From Hemiscyllium ocellatum (lineage: Eukaryota): 64,000 nucleotides of DNA. Below the pieces are notes generated by a model. It was not told the DNA's origin. It ran no database searches and saw only the letters and a list, made by a program, of their open reading frames with translations. The DNA is taken from assembly GCF_020745735.1 (NCBI RefSeq), contig NC_083423.1, positions 38,378,001-38,442,000 on the forward strand, read 5' to 3'. The translations under genes and the position numbers were made by a program. Numbering within the stretch: position 1 is the stretch's first letter; every line of letters begins with the position of its first letter. Shown piece by piece: positions 1 through 12,900 of this stretch.

Positions 1-1074
1 AATAATGTCTTCAGACTGCTAGAATGGTAATAGAGAGCAAGATATGCTTGCTGACAGAATTGAGCAAAGGCATGGCCAAAATGGTCAAAAATAACACGTT
101 GAATGCGCAGGCTGGTGGACTAGAAGGTGAGGATGAGAAATACACTATTGCTTATATTTTATCATAGCTTCCCAATTAAAATGCAACTTATATTAGAGCT
201 TAATCTTCACTTACACCAAGAGATTTCCCTACGTGTCACTGGTGAAAAAAGTACAGGACAGTAAAAGATAAGGAAAGAATACAAGTTATGATTGCAAATT
301 CTACTCATTTTATTTCTAATTCTCAGGGCATTAGACATTTAGGATACTGGCATAACAGATTGATTAACTTGCCTTGAAATCCAGCCCATCCTGATGGGAT
401 CATGTCTTATTTTGCCAGGATCTGCATGGTTCAACCTTGCAGCTTCTATTCAACTTGCAATGAAACAAAACTGGCTACAATTGGTAATTTCTTTCAGATA
501 CCAGAGGATCAAATACAAGAAAATGAAAAACATTACTATTGTAGAGCAGAACGTTTTGTTTTAAGAATGGCATTGGTCAAGGCATTAAATAGCATTAGTC
601 AGGAATAATATCAGTGCCAATTAATGTCTTTGGCAAAGAACAAATGCAGATCCATGCATCAGGGATTTCAAGTTGAGGAAAGGTTAGAGAAATTGGATCT
701 TTTAAAACTTTTAAAAAGACCTTGGAACTTCCATCAAGTTTACAAAATTGGCAACATTTGACCCAAATTATTCACAGTGGCAAATGGCTAGGTATTAGTA
801 AGCACAATAAAAAAAAACTCACATTGTGAAACAAACAGGGAAATTGGTTACAACTCACAATAAAACTCAAATTTGTTATCAGGTAGTACCATTGAAACAG
901 AAAAAAATCTACTAAAGGATAATTTTCTAGTGAAGAGGATCAATACAATCTGGTTGGTATGAAACTGGTTGATGAAAATACTAGATGGGTTTAACTAAAG
1001 CACAAGATAAACATCATACATTAGAATTATCTGCTTTATTAATGCAGTGTATACATTTTCAACAGTATTCATTT

Positions 1075-1720
1075 AAGCATTGTACATGTATCAGCAGCAT
1101 TTTTGGGACCCATACCAAAGGAAAGATGTACTGGCCCTTAGAGCAGGTCCAGAGGAGGCTCACGAGAATGATCCTAGGAATTAAAGGCTTAAAATATGGG
1201 TAATGTTTGAGGACTGTGACTAGGCAAAAGTGGGTACTGCAGATGCTGGAGATTAGAGTCAAGAGGAGAGTGGTGCTGGAAAAGCACAGCAGATCAGGTA
1301 GCATCCAAGGAACAGGGGGGAAAAAAAAATCGCCATTTCGGGCAAAAGCCTTTCCTTGGAGTTTAGAAGGATGAGGGAAAACACTGAACAGCCTGGACAG
1401 AATGGACATTGGGGAGATGATTCCTTTGGCAGGAGACGAAGACCCGAGTGCACAGCCTTAGAGAAGTCCTTTTAGAATGGAGAGGAGGAGGAACTTCTTT
1501 AGCCAGAGTGGTGAATCTGTGTAATTCATTGCCACAGAAGGCCATGAAGACCAGATCATTGAATATATAGAAAACAGAGACAGGTAAGTTCTTAATTGGC
1601 AGGAGGATCAAAGGTTACAGGAAGAAAGTGGGAAAATGGGGTTGAAAAACCTATCAGCCATGATTGAATGGCGGAGCAGACTCGACGGGCAGAATTTCTA
1701 CTTCCATGTCTTATGTTTAC
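1075..1720 (+). mobile_element. CR1 3' fragment interrupted by a family A repeat (1228-1355)
   Basis: LEQVQRRLTRMILGIKGL; CR1 tail. Confidence 0.75.
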
Positions 1721-2099
1721 GCTTTAAGTGCCGTGTAGCAGGCGGAAGAGGACAGAAAACGTGGGCAGAGCAATTATTGTTCCAATTCATATACTAGGAG
1801 GATATAGCCCAGGTAGGTTTTCCCCTAAAAAATATTCACTTTTAAAAATAAGTCCTTTTGTCTGCGGGCATGCACCTCGAATAAGGCAGCACTGGAGCTT
1901 CAAAGAGTACGTATAAAAATCCAGGAGAACTTCCGTGACTCTACAGCTAGGTTTACCATTCGGGCTCCCAAAAATAAGTCTTTGCTAAATAAGGGCATCA
2001 TTTGCATGGGAGGTGACGATAAAAGAGATTGCCCCAACTCCTCCCCGTCGCACTCACACAAAAAACAAAATGAACAATCAGGGAAGTGACAAGGGGGTT

Positions 2100-2530
2100 A
2101 AACAGATCTCATGGCTTCAGGGCCTCAAAGACACCCGAAGCCCGCCTTGTGCAGTTCCGTGGGGTGTAACATAGGCGGCACCCACTCTCCCACAACAAGT
2201 ACGGCCCCGGCTCTGCGGGGGGAACCTGCAGCGGCCCCTCAGTAATAACAAAAATAAAATCACCAGGCACTCCCATAACTGCGTTACGGTCTCTAGCTCT
2301 CGACGAACAGGACTAAAACACCGAGCAGACAGAAACGCCGGATAGCCCCAACTTGCCTTTTTAAGCCTTTTCCAGCAATATCACGGCTACCAGCCCCCTC
2401 GCCTTCCGAGCGGCACTGCGCCTGCGCACGACCCCAAAAAACGTGGCGTCAAAATTACGTCATCACGTAGAACACGCGACGAGAGCCGCCTCTGCCCCTC
2501 GAATCTTGCATCAGTCGACGAGAGGTTTAA
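2100..2530 (-). promoter_or_regulatory. CpG-island promoter and probable non-coding first exon of the next gene (BCAP29 by synteny)
   Basis: CpG-rich; NRF1-type TGCGCCTGCGCA at 2417-2428; CRE-like TTACGTCA at 2455-2462; ACGTGGC at 2441; candidate donor AAG|gcaagt at 2357. Gene identity is inferred only from the human order COG5-DUS4L-BCAP29. Confidence 0.55.
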
Positions 2531-2899
2531 CTGGGGATACATCTCAATTCCACTATCACTGGGGAAAAAAAAGTCAAACTGAGTGTAAACGTGATTGTCG
2601 CAATAAAAAAAATGGCTGAAAATAGGATGAGCCCACTCTAATGTTTGTCAATTCTTATACAATCCATTCCTGCCGTGTTGACGTTGGTCTGTATCAGGAG
2701 AATGTGAGGATTGCAGATGTTGGAGACCCACCCCTCCCCTGTTTATCTCTCAGCCACTTTTGGGACTCCCACATTCTTAATGAAGGACGTATACCCGAAA
2801 CATTGACTGTTCCTTGGAGGCTGCCTAACATGTTGTGCTTGTCCAGCTCCACAGTTTTTGACATTGGTCTGTGTCAATTTTGTTCTTCCGAAGGGGGTG

Positions 2900-3725
2900 T
2901 TGAAAGGCCATCTGCAATGATTGGAGAGACCAGCACATTAGTGCAAAAGACAAGGTTGAAGGATATAAATAATCTTCAGCCAGAAGTGTCGAGTAGATGT
3001 CACATCTTTGGCCTTGTCCAGAGGCCTCCAGCATCACAGAAGCCAATCTTCGACCAATTTCATTCAATCCATGTGATATCAAGAAACTGAGTCAATGGAT
3101 ACTGCAAAGACGATGGAGCCTGGCAATAGTGCTGAAGACTTGCTACACTGCTAAGCAAGATATTCCAGTGCAGTTACTTATCGATGCAACAGCGTGGAAA
3201 ATTGCCCAGATATGTCCTGTGTACAAAAGGAAAATAAATCCAACCCAGCCACTCAGCAACCCACTAGTCTTGTTCATTTGTAAAGTGATGAAAGGTGTCA
3301 TTAAAAGTGCTATCAAGCACCATCTGCTTAGCAATAACCTGCTCACTCATGCCCAATTTGACCATAAGACTATAAGGTATAGGAGCAGAATTAGGCCATT
3401 TGGTTCTTTAAGTCTGCACCACCATGCAATTATGGCTGATAGGTTTCTCAACCCATTCTCATGCCTTTTCCTCGTAGCCTTTGATCCCCTTATTAATCAA
3501 AAACTCTCTGTCTTAAATTCGCTCATTGACATGGCTTCCACAGGCTTCTGCAGCATTGAGTTCCACAGATTGAGAACCCGCTGGCTGAAGAAATTCCTTC
3601 TCATTTCAGGTTCTAATTGTTCTTCCTTTTGGGTCAAAATCCTGGAGTTCCCTCCTTACCATCAATGTGGGTCTATATACAGTATATGAATTGCAGCAGT
3701 TCAAGGAGGCACTCAGGAACAGGTA
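2900..3725 (+). mobile_element. LINE RT fragment of the 26850-29270 type, with a minus-strand CR1 tail inserted at ~3362-3610
   Basis: WKIAQICPVYK, KVMKGVI..AIKHHLLSNNLLT.AQF. Confidence 0.65.
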
Positions 3726-4411
3726 ATACATTCTGGCCCAACCTGAAATGTTCAAATTGAAAAATTGCAGTTTAAAAAAACTGCAGTCCATCTGGTGTAC
3801 GTCCATCCATAGTGTTGTTAGGCATAGAGCATCATTTTTTTTTGTCTTATTGGTACTTTACGTGAAGTTCCCATAAAGGTTTAATGGCTCAGACTACAAT
3901 GTTCAGTAACATACAACTATGTGTAACATCCTTCTAGCTTACTTCTGCTGTTCTGTACGTAGTAATTAGTCATGTCATTACAGCCTGATCCTTGCCTCAT
4001 CACCACACCCAACTCTCGGGATGGCTGTGTTCCCATGCCCCTGTTCTTCTGGATGGCAGAGACTACATGCTTGTAAGAACTATGGAGAAAACTTGACCGA
4101 GTTGCTGCAGTACATTTTGTAGGTGATACAATTAAGGGTTGTATTTGCCTGGTTGTTGTCAAGCTCCTCAAGACATGTGATAGCTACCCTTGCCCAGGCA
4201 AATATAAATGATTTCACCACACTGTGGACTTTACCTTTGCTAAAATCTTTTACCATTTAAAAGTCAACAGCTGGATTTACTTTCCACAGAATACCTAGCC
4301 TTTGACTTTAGATTATTCTATTAAGTTTCTGGTCAGTGATAACATGAAGCATATTGGTTGGCTGGGGTCGTTGGGGATGAGGAATTCAGTAATGGTAATT
4401 TATAAAGCATG

Positions 4412-4830
4412 AGTGGCACAGTGGTTAGTACTGGTGCCAGGGAACTGGGTTCAATTCCAACCTCTGGTGACTGTCCTTGTGGAGATTACACATTTGCCCT
4501 CTGTCTGCGTGAGTGTATGAATAGGAAGGGTTTAGAGTGATATGGGCAAATGCTGGCAAATGGAACTAGCTTTATTGAGGATATCTGGTTGGTGTGGACG
4601 AGTTAGACTGAAGGGTCTGTTTCTGTGTTATCTATCTGTATGACTCTATGTGCAGGTTAGATGGATCAGCTCTGCTAAACTGCCCAGAGTGTCCATCGAC
4701 ATGTAGGCTTGGGGGATTAGCCTTGGTAAAATGCAGGGTTACAGAGATAGGCTGGAGGGGTAGGTCACTCTTCAGAGGGTTGATGTGGACATGGTGGGCC
4801 AAATGGTCAGCTTTCACATTCTATGTATTT
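4412..4830 (+). mobile_element. HE1/V-SINE-like SINE interrupted by a CR1 3' tail (~4515-4650)
   Basis: SINE head at 4412, CR1 tail gaagggtctgtttc...tatgactcta, then the SINE body resumes. Confidence 0.7.
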
Positions 4831-5864
4831 AACGTTTAAAGATGTTTGGGCTTATGACTCTGCTCTGAGGGATTTCTGAGGAATATAAGGGTGTGTTCAT
4901 TGGTATCCAACAACGACTGTCATCTTTCTCTGGACAAAGTATTACTCCAGACAATGAAGGATATTTACTTTATTTCCATCAACTTCAATATTTCTAGGAT
5001 TCCTTAATTCACCCTGGGTTAAATGCCACCTTGTTTTCAAAGATAGTTACTCTCACCTCACCTCTGGAATTCAGCTCTTTTAATATTGAAATGAAATGCT
5101 ATCAACAGAAGAAAGTCAAGAGTGCTAATTAATGTTTGTTACACAAACTGAACTCTAACAAAATGAACATTTGCATTAAAATTTTATTCCAAATTTCAAA
5201 TGATGAAATATATAATTATTGCAATAATTTAATGACAAGTTACAATATATAAAGTATCCACAAAATTGTAATTGAGATCGATAGCTTCAAACCTTTTACA
5301 GGTAATATAAGCTTCTGAATTGTGGCAGCTTAAAGCACAATCATTTTCACATTATAACATACAGTAGGTTAACTACATGGTTCTTTTGGATTTGTATTTA
5401 TAGTTCACTTGAATAATTACCCAACTATCACAGCCAATCTCCTATTTTGTACAATTGTGTAAGCAGTGGTATTTACCACAAGAACAAATGCCCAGTTATT
5501 CTAAGGAATCATTAATAATAGATGACAACAATTTCAGGTTTGGATATATGAATCAACCTGTACACAGTTGACCTTTTTATAAAATGTAGTTCGTTTTACA
5601 TTGAGCTCAATGTCAATATCTTCTTTGGAATATCAATGCTTAGTCAAGAACAGTAATATTAAAAAAACAACTGCAGATACTGGAGACAAAAACAAATTGC
5701 TGGAGAAACTCAGCAGGTCTGGCAGCATCTGTGGAATGAAAGCAGGGTTAAGGATGCAACTCTGGTGACTCTTCACATATTCAAAGGATGTTTTGTGCAT
5801 GTTAATACTGGGGAATGGAACATCCTCCAATTCAGGGGATCAGTATCAGCATTGTGTACCAGTA

Positions 5865-5900
5865 ATTCCTGATGAAGGGCTTATGCCCGAAATGTTGATT
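5865..5900 (+). ncRNA. Minimal hammerhead motif, family A (CpG-decayed)
   Basis: AUUC-CUGAUGA-A-GGGC(UUAU)GCCC-GAAA-UG-UU-GAUU. Confidence 0.55.
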
Positions 5901-5992
5901 TTCCTACTTCTCAGATGCTGCCTGACCTCCTGTGCTTTCCAGCGCCACACTTTTTGACTCTGATCTCCAGCATCTGCAGTCCTCACTTTCTC
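5865..5992 (+). mobile_element. Short family A repeat (hammerhead plus gatgctgcctgacctgctgtgcttttccagc tail)
   Basis: The same sequence recurs at 1228-1355(-), 16442-16545(+), 23120-23180(-), 44725-44895(+) and 45470-45560(-). Confidence 0.8.
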
Positions 5993-8900
5993 ATTTTATG
6001 TACCAACAAGTTAAGCATAGCAATCAGATACACAACAAAGTCCTCTCCATCGTGCCCCAATGACCTCAGAAGAATCCACACTCCATTGTACCAGTGTGGT
6101 ATTTTGTCCCCCATTTTCCACACCAACCATCCTTTGCACAAATGGAGGCAGTGACAGTAATACATTGCTCATTCCCATTAGAAACTGGATTTAGACTGGT
6201 GAAATTGATCTATTTTAATTTCTACAGCCAGCTGACAGAGGAAGTATTATCTTGTTAGTTTGGATTACAAGCTAGATTTGAAAAGGTAGTATCTAATTTA
6301 TGACATCACTTAGTTCCGAAGACATGGATTTCTTTTCTTTATGTTATTCTGAACCTTGGGAAATGGCTAGGAAAGTAGAAAAATATCACAATTTCATAAA
6401 ACATAATGAACAAAGTTAATATACAAAATGTGTAGCAAAACAATTACAAATTATTTCACTCTTCTACTTCAGTAAAGTTCAGAGGTGCATCATCCTAAAA
6501 AAATAATATTCATATGAAGTTGACTGAAATGGTGTTTTATTAAATTATGCAATGGATGACTAATAACAATCAGATACAGAGCAAAGTCCCAATGTGCCCC
6601 AATGACCTCATATTGGGCAAAACAACAGCGAGTATTGCTGATGCTGAAATCTGATATATAAAAAAAACACGAAATGCCAGAAGTGCTCAGATGAGACAGC
6701 ATCTATAGGTGGAATCAATGTTTTAATCATCAATAGTGCTCAGTGTTTCAGGTCTTTGAATTTCCAAGAAACTGGCAAAGTTAGAAATGTAATAGGTTTT
6801 GAATAAGTACAGAGTTCAGGGAAAGAAAGTGGGGAGTAAGGAAGGTAAAAAGAAAAACCAGAAGGAATAGTCTTTGATAGGTGGAAGGCACGAATGATTA
6901 AAAGACAAATGGAATAATGACGCACAGTAAAGAAATGGTAATGGAACGATTGAAGGAACCAAAGGCAGATCAATAAGAGCTGTAAATGGTACCTGCTATC
7001 TAATAAAAACTAAGCCGTGCTATGGTTTAAAATTATTAAAGTCATAGTCAATTAACAAGGACGTAATGTGCTGAATTGAAATATGTGATGTTGTGACTAG
7101 GGATTATAATAAGCTTCACAGAACATCGAAGGTTACTTGGTACAGAGAGGTTATAGTGAAAGTGGGAAGGTGAATTAAAATTGAGTTACTGGGAATTCAT
7201 TACTTCCTATTCAATACACAGATTGTAATATTTCTTTGCAATAATAAATGTGATATTACGAAGGTTAAATTGCAAAATTTGTTTTCAAAAACTTGTCTTA
7301 TTGTTCCAATACTGCTGATAGGTGATTAAAATTGGACCCGTTATTTTCATCTGTACTTAACTGGAATTTTGTTTCAATAATAAACAGAATACAATCTGAA
7401 GCTCTTACTGTGAAGCAATCACAAACATTTAAAGATAGCAACCAAATTTTCCATTATATTTGCAAAAAAAACCTGATTGTCTACGTACATAATCATACAC
7501 AATTAAAATTCTGACCAACGGTTAAAAGATTTAAAAAAATGTTACAAGTAGAAGAAAATACTTCCTCTAAAATTCTTTAGTTGAAATACTATATTCATTT
7601 TTAAAATAATTTTTCTTCTCATTCACAAGATGTGGGCCAGGTTGCTTGCCAGAGGAGTTAAGAATCAACCACACTGCTGTGGGTCTGGTCACATGTAGGC
7701 CAGACTGGGTAAGGATGGCAGATTTCCATCCTTAAAAGGATACTAGTGAACCAGATGGGTTTTTCCTAACAATTGACAACAGTTTCATGACGATCATTAC
7801 TCTTCTAATTCCAGATTTCCATGGTAGGATTTGAACCTGGGTCCCTAGAATATTACCGAAATCTCTTCACTAATAGCTCAGCAATAATACCACAAGGTCT
7901 CCCTTAATTTAAAACATGGTATTACAATTAAATTGCATTTTAACAAATGTAATTACCTCCTGCCAACACAATACAAACACCTCAAAATGTATTCTGCTTC
8001 AGTCCCTTACACTTGGAGAGCCACAGAAGTGCATGTGACATTGACAATGATAATGTACATCAAAGGTTTACTTTTCTTCTGCAAAATGTCTGGCATTTCA
8101 ATCTACAATAAATGACTGAGTACTGAATTTTTTTTTCAAATATTAAACACAAATCTAAAGTTAACTACCTTCTATCTTTCTACATCATAACATGTGATTG
8201 AGTGTGAAGCTCTGCTGGAGTAATTGGACCTTTCTAGACTTATACATGGCAGTTAATCCATTGCATAATATTCATGGTGTGAAATAGTTCAAGATCTTTG
8301 GAACAGATTTTATGTACAGAATTCTCCCTATTCAATACAATGAATTTGTATTCCATTGATTCATGAATGGAGGTAGCCATTTTAGATATTTAGTTAATCA
8401 GTGAAGCAGACGTTCATACTGATCAGAAAAGCTGGGTCAGTTTTAGCAACTCTTAGATAAAAATGATTTAAAAAAGTGTATAGTCTTAGCTATAAAGAAA
8501 TAAAATATACAGTAATACTAAAACACCTGAATACTTAGGCAATATTTTAAACTTACATATCTTGATCAATTATGACTATGCACAGAAAGTTGCAAGGAGG
8601 AATACACAAGATTTTTCACAAAATGGAAGAACAAAAAACATTTGAATTGTACAATTTTTGGCTGAGTATGAGCTGCATTGAGATTTTTGGAGAGATTGTC
8701 ACCATGAGATTTCTTATTGTATCTTATCAAATTTGCCTCATTACTGACTCATCCTATTCTTATGGCATCTCTTGTGTGAAATTCTAACCCCATCTTACCA
8801 TGTGCCATTTCCGGAAATAACCACTCAACAGATATCCACCAACTCTTTCACCTGCAATATCTTTAATGGCCAATTTGTGGGCAGGGGACCTTGAGTCTTG

Positions 8901-9408
8901 CTGGATAAGGTGGTGCACAAGTGGGACTCCGGTTCCAGTCCCTGAGCTGGGCATGATTTGCTAAGGGGACAATGTTCTTGATACAGCATGACAGTGATAG
9001 TTGTTGCTGTGCCCAAAGGTGCACATGTCATATGTGTAATGGGGTACATGTGGCCAGAGCCCATAATGTTGGAGTCAGTGTCCATCAATGGACGTCCTCT
9101 GCACAAGTAATGAGCAAAGTCACCAGGCACCTGCTCAGAATTCCACATCAAGATTTCTTGATGTCAATCTTGTTTGGATGTTTGATAAGATGTTTGAATA
9201 TTAACAAAGCATGTTAGCAATGAATAAGGCATTTAACAAGCTAAAATCCTTTTATTTAGTAACTTGCCATTGCATAGCGAGAAACCCATCAACAACATTA
9301 AAGATGCAGTGAAAGGATTCTTGTGATGTAGTGGAAGTATCCCTATCTGTGAGCCAGGAGAGCTGGATTTATTTTTGCATAATTAAAACTAACAGTAAAA
9401 TACAAAAT

Positions 9409-9414
9409 TTTATT
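9409..9414 (-). promoter_or_regulatory. Candidate DUS4L polyadenylation signal AATAAA (others at ~9368 and ~9250)
   Basis: TTTATT on the plus strand, ~320 nt past the DUS4L stop. Confidence 0.4.
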
Positions 9415-9733
9415 TAATAAGTATCTGTGGATTTGACTTTAAAATGTCTTGAAAGACTGAAGTCCTCAATTTTACTTAAGAGATTGTTGATATTAAAACT
9501 ATTAAGAAGGCAAATTGCCACCTTACAATCCTAGGTGATTTGAACTATACCTGTAATAGCACATTTGAAGACAGTAACTTCTTTGTTATCAGTGGCAGTC
9601 AAAGTTTCAGGTCAAAACAACATCAAAACTTGTTTCCTGCTAAAGGTTTGCTTATCATATATTACAGCAATTTGATTTCCTTTGAAATCCTTTAACATCT
9701 TTGAGCAGACATGGCATAAGTTTTTTTATAATC

Positions 9734-9981
9734 TCATAAACCATAATTGTCAGAGAGATAATCTAGAACAGCTGACATACTTGATAATGCATTAAAGATT
9801 TTCTTCTCTTGCTTTGAAGTTATTCTTTCTAACATGTACATCAAATGGTGATGGAAACAAGTATATGGTGTTCCGTGTTCCAAAGCAATGTCAATCCAGT
9901 CCCGAACACACTGCAAAGGAGTTTCTTCATATCCTGCAAACATAGCAGGATTTGCTAAAAGGCCTCGTGCAGCCATTACAC
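9734..9981 (-). CDS. DUS4L: DUS4L last coding exon (GVMAARGLLANPAMFAGYEETP...YLSDNYGL*)
   Basis: tattcag| acceptor; ORF track 9734..9976; TGA at 9736-9734. Confidence 0.95.
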
Positions 9982-12900
9982 CTGAATACAGTAAACAAAG
10001 GGAAACAATTTAAAAGCAAACAAAAATGAAAGGCATGCAAGCGTATTTTTGAAAAAAAAACTGACAAATTAACAATGGTGTCCTCAGTCGAAAGGGTAAA
10101 AATAATATGATCCACAGACATTGTTAATTGATAATTGTGTTGCATGATCTGGACAGTGATTCCTCTTGGTCAGTTTTCCAATTTCCCACTCAACCTTTTA
10201 ATTTGAGCTAACCCAGAACCTCATAACGACCTGAGATTCTACAATTGTGGCAAAGTTGTCATAATTTAACTTTCTAGAACTAACAATCAAAACACATTTA
10301 AAATATGTTACTTTCTTGGTCTTCTAGAACCAATTTTGTTATTGTATTTGTCGGCAGTGGAGGTGAGGAAGTGCAGTGGTTATGGAAGTGGGGAAATTAT
10401 ATATTATGGGGTTGGGCACCATATTTTCTTTTATTGAGGGGCCCTACAGCTCAACACACTGGCAGCTGTACCATCTGCAGAAAAATTGCAATGATTCAAA
10501 TTAAGATAAACTTAAACTCTGGTTATGGCAATATTGTCAGCAATTCCTGCCAGCAGAATAGGAAATCCAATAAAAGGTTCAGAACAGTAACTCTGGATGA
10601 GCTGAACTCAAGCATGCTTGTTATTTGACAACGCCAACCAACTGGAGTGGAGTTATGCTGAATGAGAGTGCAGAATCATGGAGAAACCATCATGTGACAT
10701 TGAGACATCTGTGAAATGATGCTCAAACCCTGCAAATATCACTAAATCTGAGAGAAAGTTAAAAATGCTGTCTGAAATCTTCAAAGAGTTTGTGAATGCC
10801 TGCCTGCTTATCTGCCCATTCCCCTAGCTTGAAGCCACAAAAGCCATCTAGACACTCCAGGATTTCACATTGCAGCATGAAAACATTGAAAACAAGTTTG
10901 ACTACCTAAGTGAGCAGATTATATTGTACTCATCTGAAATCTACAGAAAAGACAAACTAAGTTTTTCAGATTTAATTCTTAACATTTTGTAATATGTTTT
11001 AACATCCAAGGTCAGGTCATCAGAAGCTGAAAACAAAGTTTTTTTTTTGCATTTGCTGCAAAATGTAGTTTCATGTTTTTTAGAGCATGTTTGTCGGCAA
11101 TTTCAGTAATGTAGGGCTTGCTCAGATATGCCGAAACTCTGGCTATCCGAAATATGTGGGCAAGATCCCTGCTATTTATCTTTGAGATTTTACTGCACAT
11201 GATGCACTGCAGAAACACACCAAGGATGATTTGATAGCACCTTCCAATTTCATAGTCTTACCACCTAGAAAGTCAAGGGCAATACATGCATGGCAGTACC
11301 ACCATCTGCAAGTTCCTTTCCAAGGCACATATCATCCTAACTTGAAACAATATCACAATTCCTTCCTAATAAAACTTATTACATGAAGGAACTGAGTCAC
11401 AAAATAAGCCTTATGTTGCCCTATGTTTATACAGTATTAAATAATTTTTTTTAAACATTGTGAATTTTCATTTAAAGAGAACATGCTTGAACAGAAATGC
11501 TTAAGTGAAAAATGAACTAACTTACAAGTAGATGATAGCAAGTCTTTGTTAAGGTGAATATATTGATAATTTTGTCAAAAACATGTTAAAGTCTTTTGCA
11601 TTTGGCTCAGTGAGTTCAGTTTTAAGCAGTAGAGTCATACATGGCTAAGAAATTTTTGGTTCAATTCCCACCATGTAGGACAGTTAGCTAATCTCAGTTG
11701 AGTAGCGTTAGGAACATTACATTTGCCACAAAGTTACTGGGTTAGCAAGAAGTGGAGGGAAGAACAAAGATTCCCATTCCTTATTGTTATTCAATGTTAC
11801 TTATTGGTTGCAAGTACATCATATGGGTGTTAGTAGAAAAAGTGATTGACTTTGCCTGAAAACACTGCCCCCAGTATTAATGTAATGATGGTTATACTGC
11901 TAGGGAAAACTTGTACCTTTGGAGGTATGTTGAAGCAAGAAGTTTATGCTTTCATGAGAGATGGAGGGAAACAAAACTGAGAAAAAAATTGGCAAAATGT
12001 AATTGTGGGACAATTTTGGGACAATGGCTAACATTTACTGTAAGATAGGTTGAGAACATCAAAATTCAACTACCACTGCTGCTTTTTTAGTGGAGCAGAT
12101 TAAAGATAAAAAGCACTAATTCCAGTACCAAGTATTTAAGAGGGATTACTTCTTACAATTACTTCTACACTGGAAAAGCTCAGTGAACCTGGCAGCATCT
12201 GTAGCATAGTTAATGTTCTGAGTCAAACGCGACTTTTCTTAGAATTGCCACCAAATTAGTTAAATTTAATTAATTTTTAAATGTCTGTTGTACTATTTAC
12301 AAAGGATTATAAATAGCCTGTCAATAGAAGTTGTTCTCTTCAAGCAGAACTTATGAGATCATTATTAAATCTTTAAAAATTTTGTAGTTACTACATTTTC
12401 TTCATAGGGCTCCTTACCATCAATTCCTGTCAACTCATGCACATAATCAATATCTTTATGGCTCCTTATGTCTCCATTTGCTACTACTGGTATATTTAAA
12501 TTTTCCTTAATAATTTTGATTGTATCATAGTGCACTGGTTGATGTCGTTCCTCTGTTGTTCTGCCATGAACAGTGATCCAAGAGATTCCAGTTGCTTCAA
12601 CTTTTCGACATAGATCAACAGTTCTTGCTAGATCTTTGTGTATTCTGCAATGAAAACAAATTATTGAACACTACAGGTGAATTTAAACCTGGAATTAACC
12701 GAATCAGATATTAGATTAAATAATTTCAGAACAATTAATAAAACAGTAATAGTCAGATAGGAGGTACTCATGCCTATTTGACAAACAATTGTTTCATTTA
12801 ATCATTGATGAACATCTATCCCTCAAGTTCTAAAAGTCCAAGAAGAAGATTCATTTTACAGCCTTAAAGGGGTCTGCCCAAAGAGGAATTCCAAGTCAGC

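Noticed and set aside
1-2100. Search for BCAP29 coding exons on the minus strand
   Set aside because: No MTLQW-like N-terminal coding sequence was found, so no BCAP29 CDS is called.
2641-3689. ORFs of 149 and 230 aa
   Set aside because: Chimeric read-through of LINE RT remnants and an inserted CR1 tail; not a host gene.
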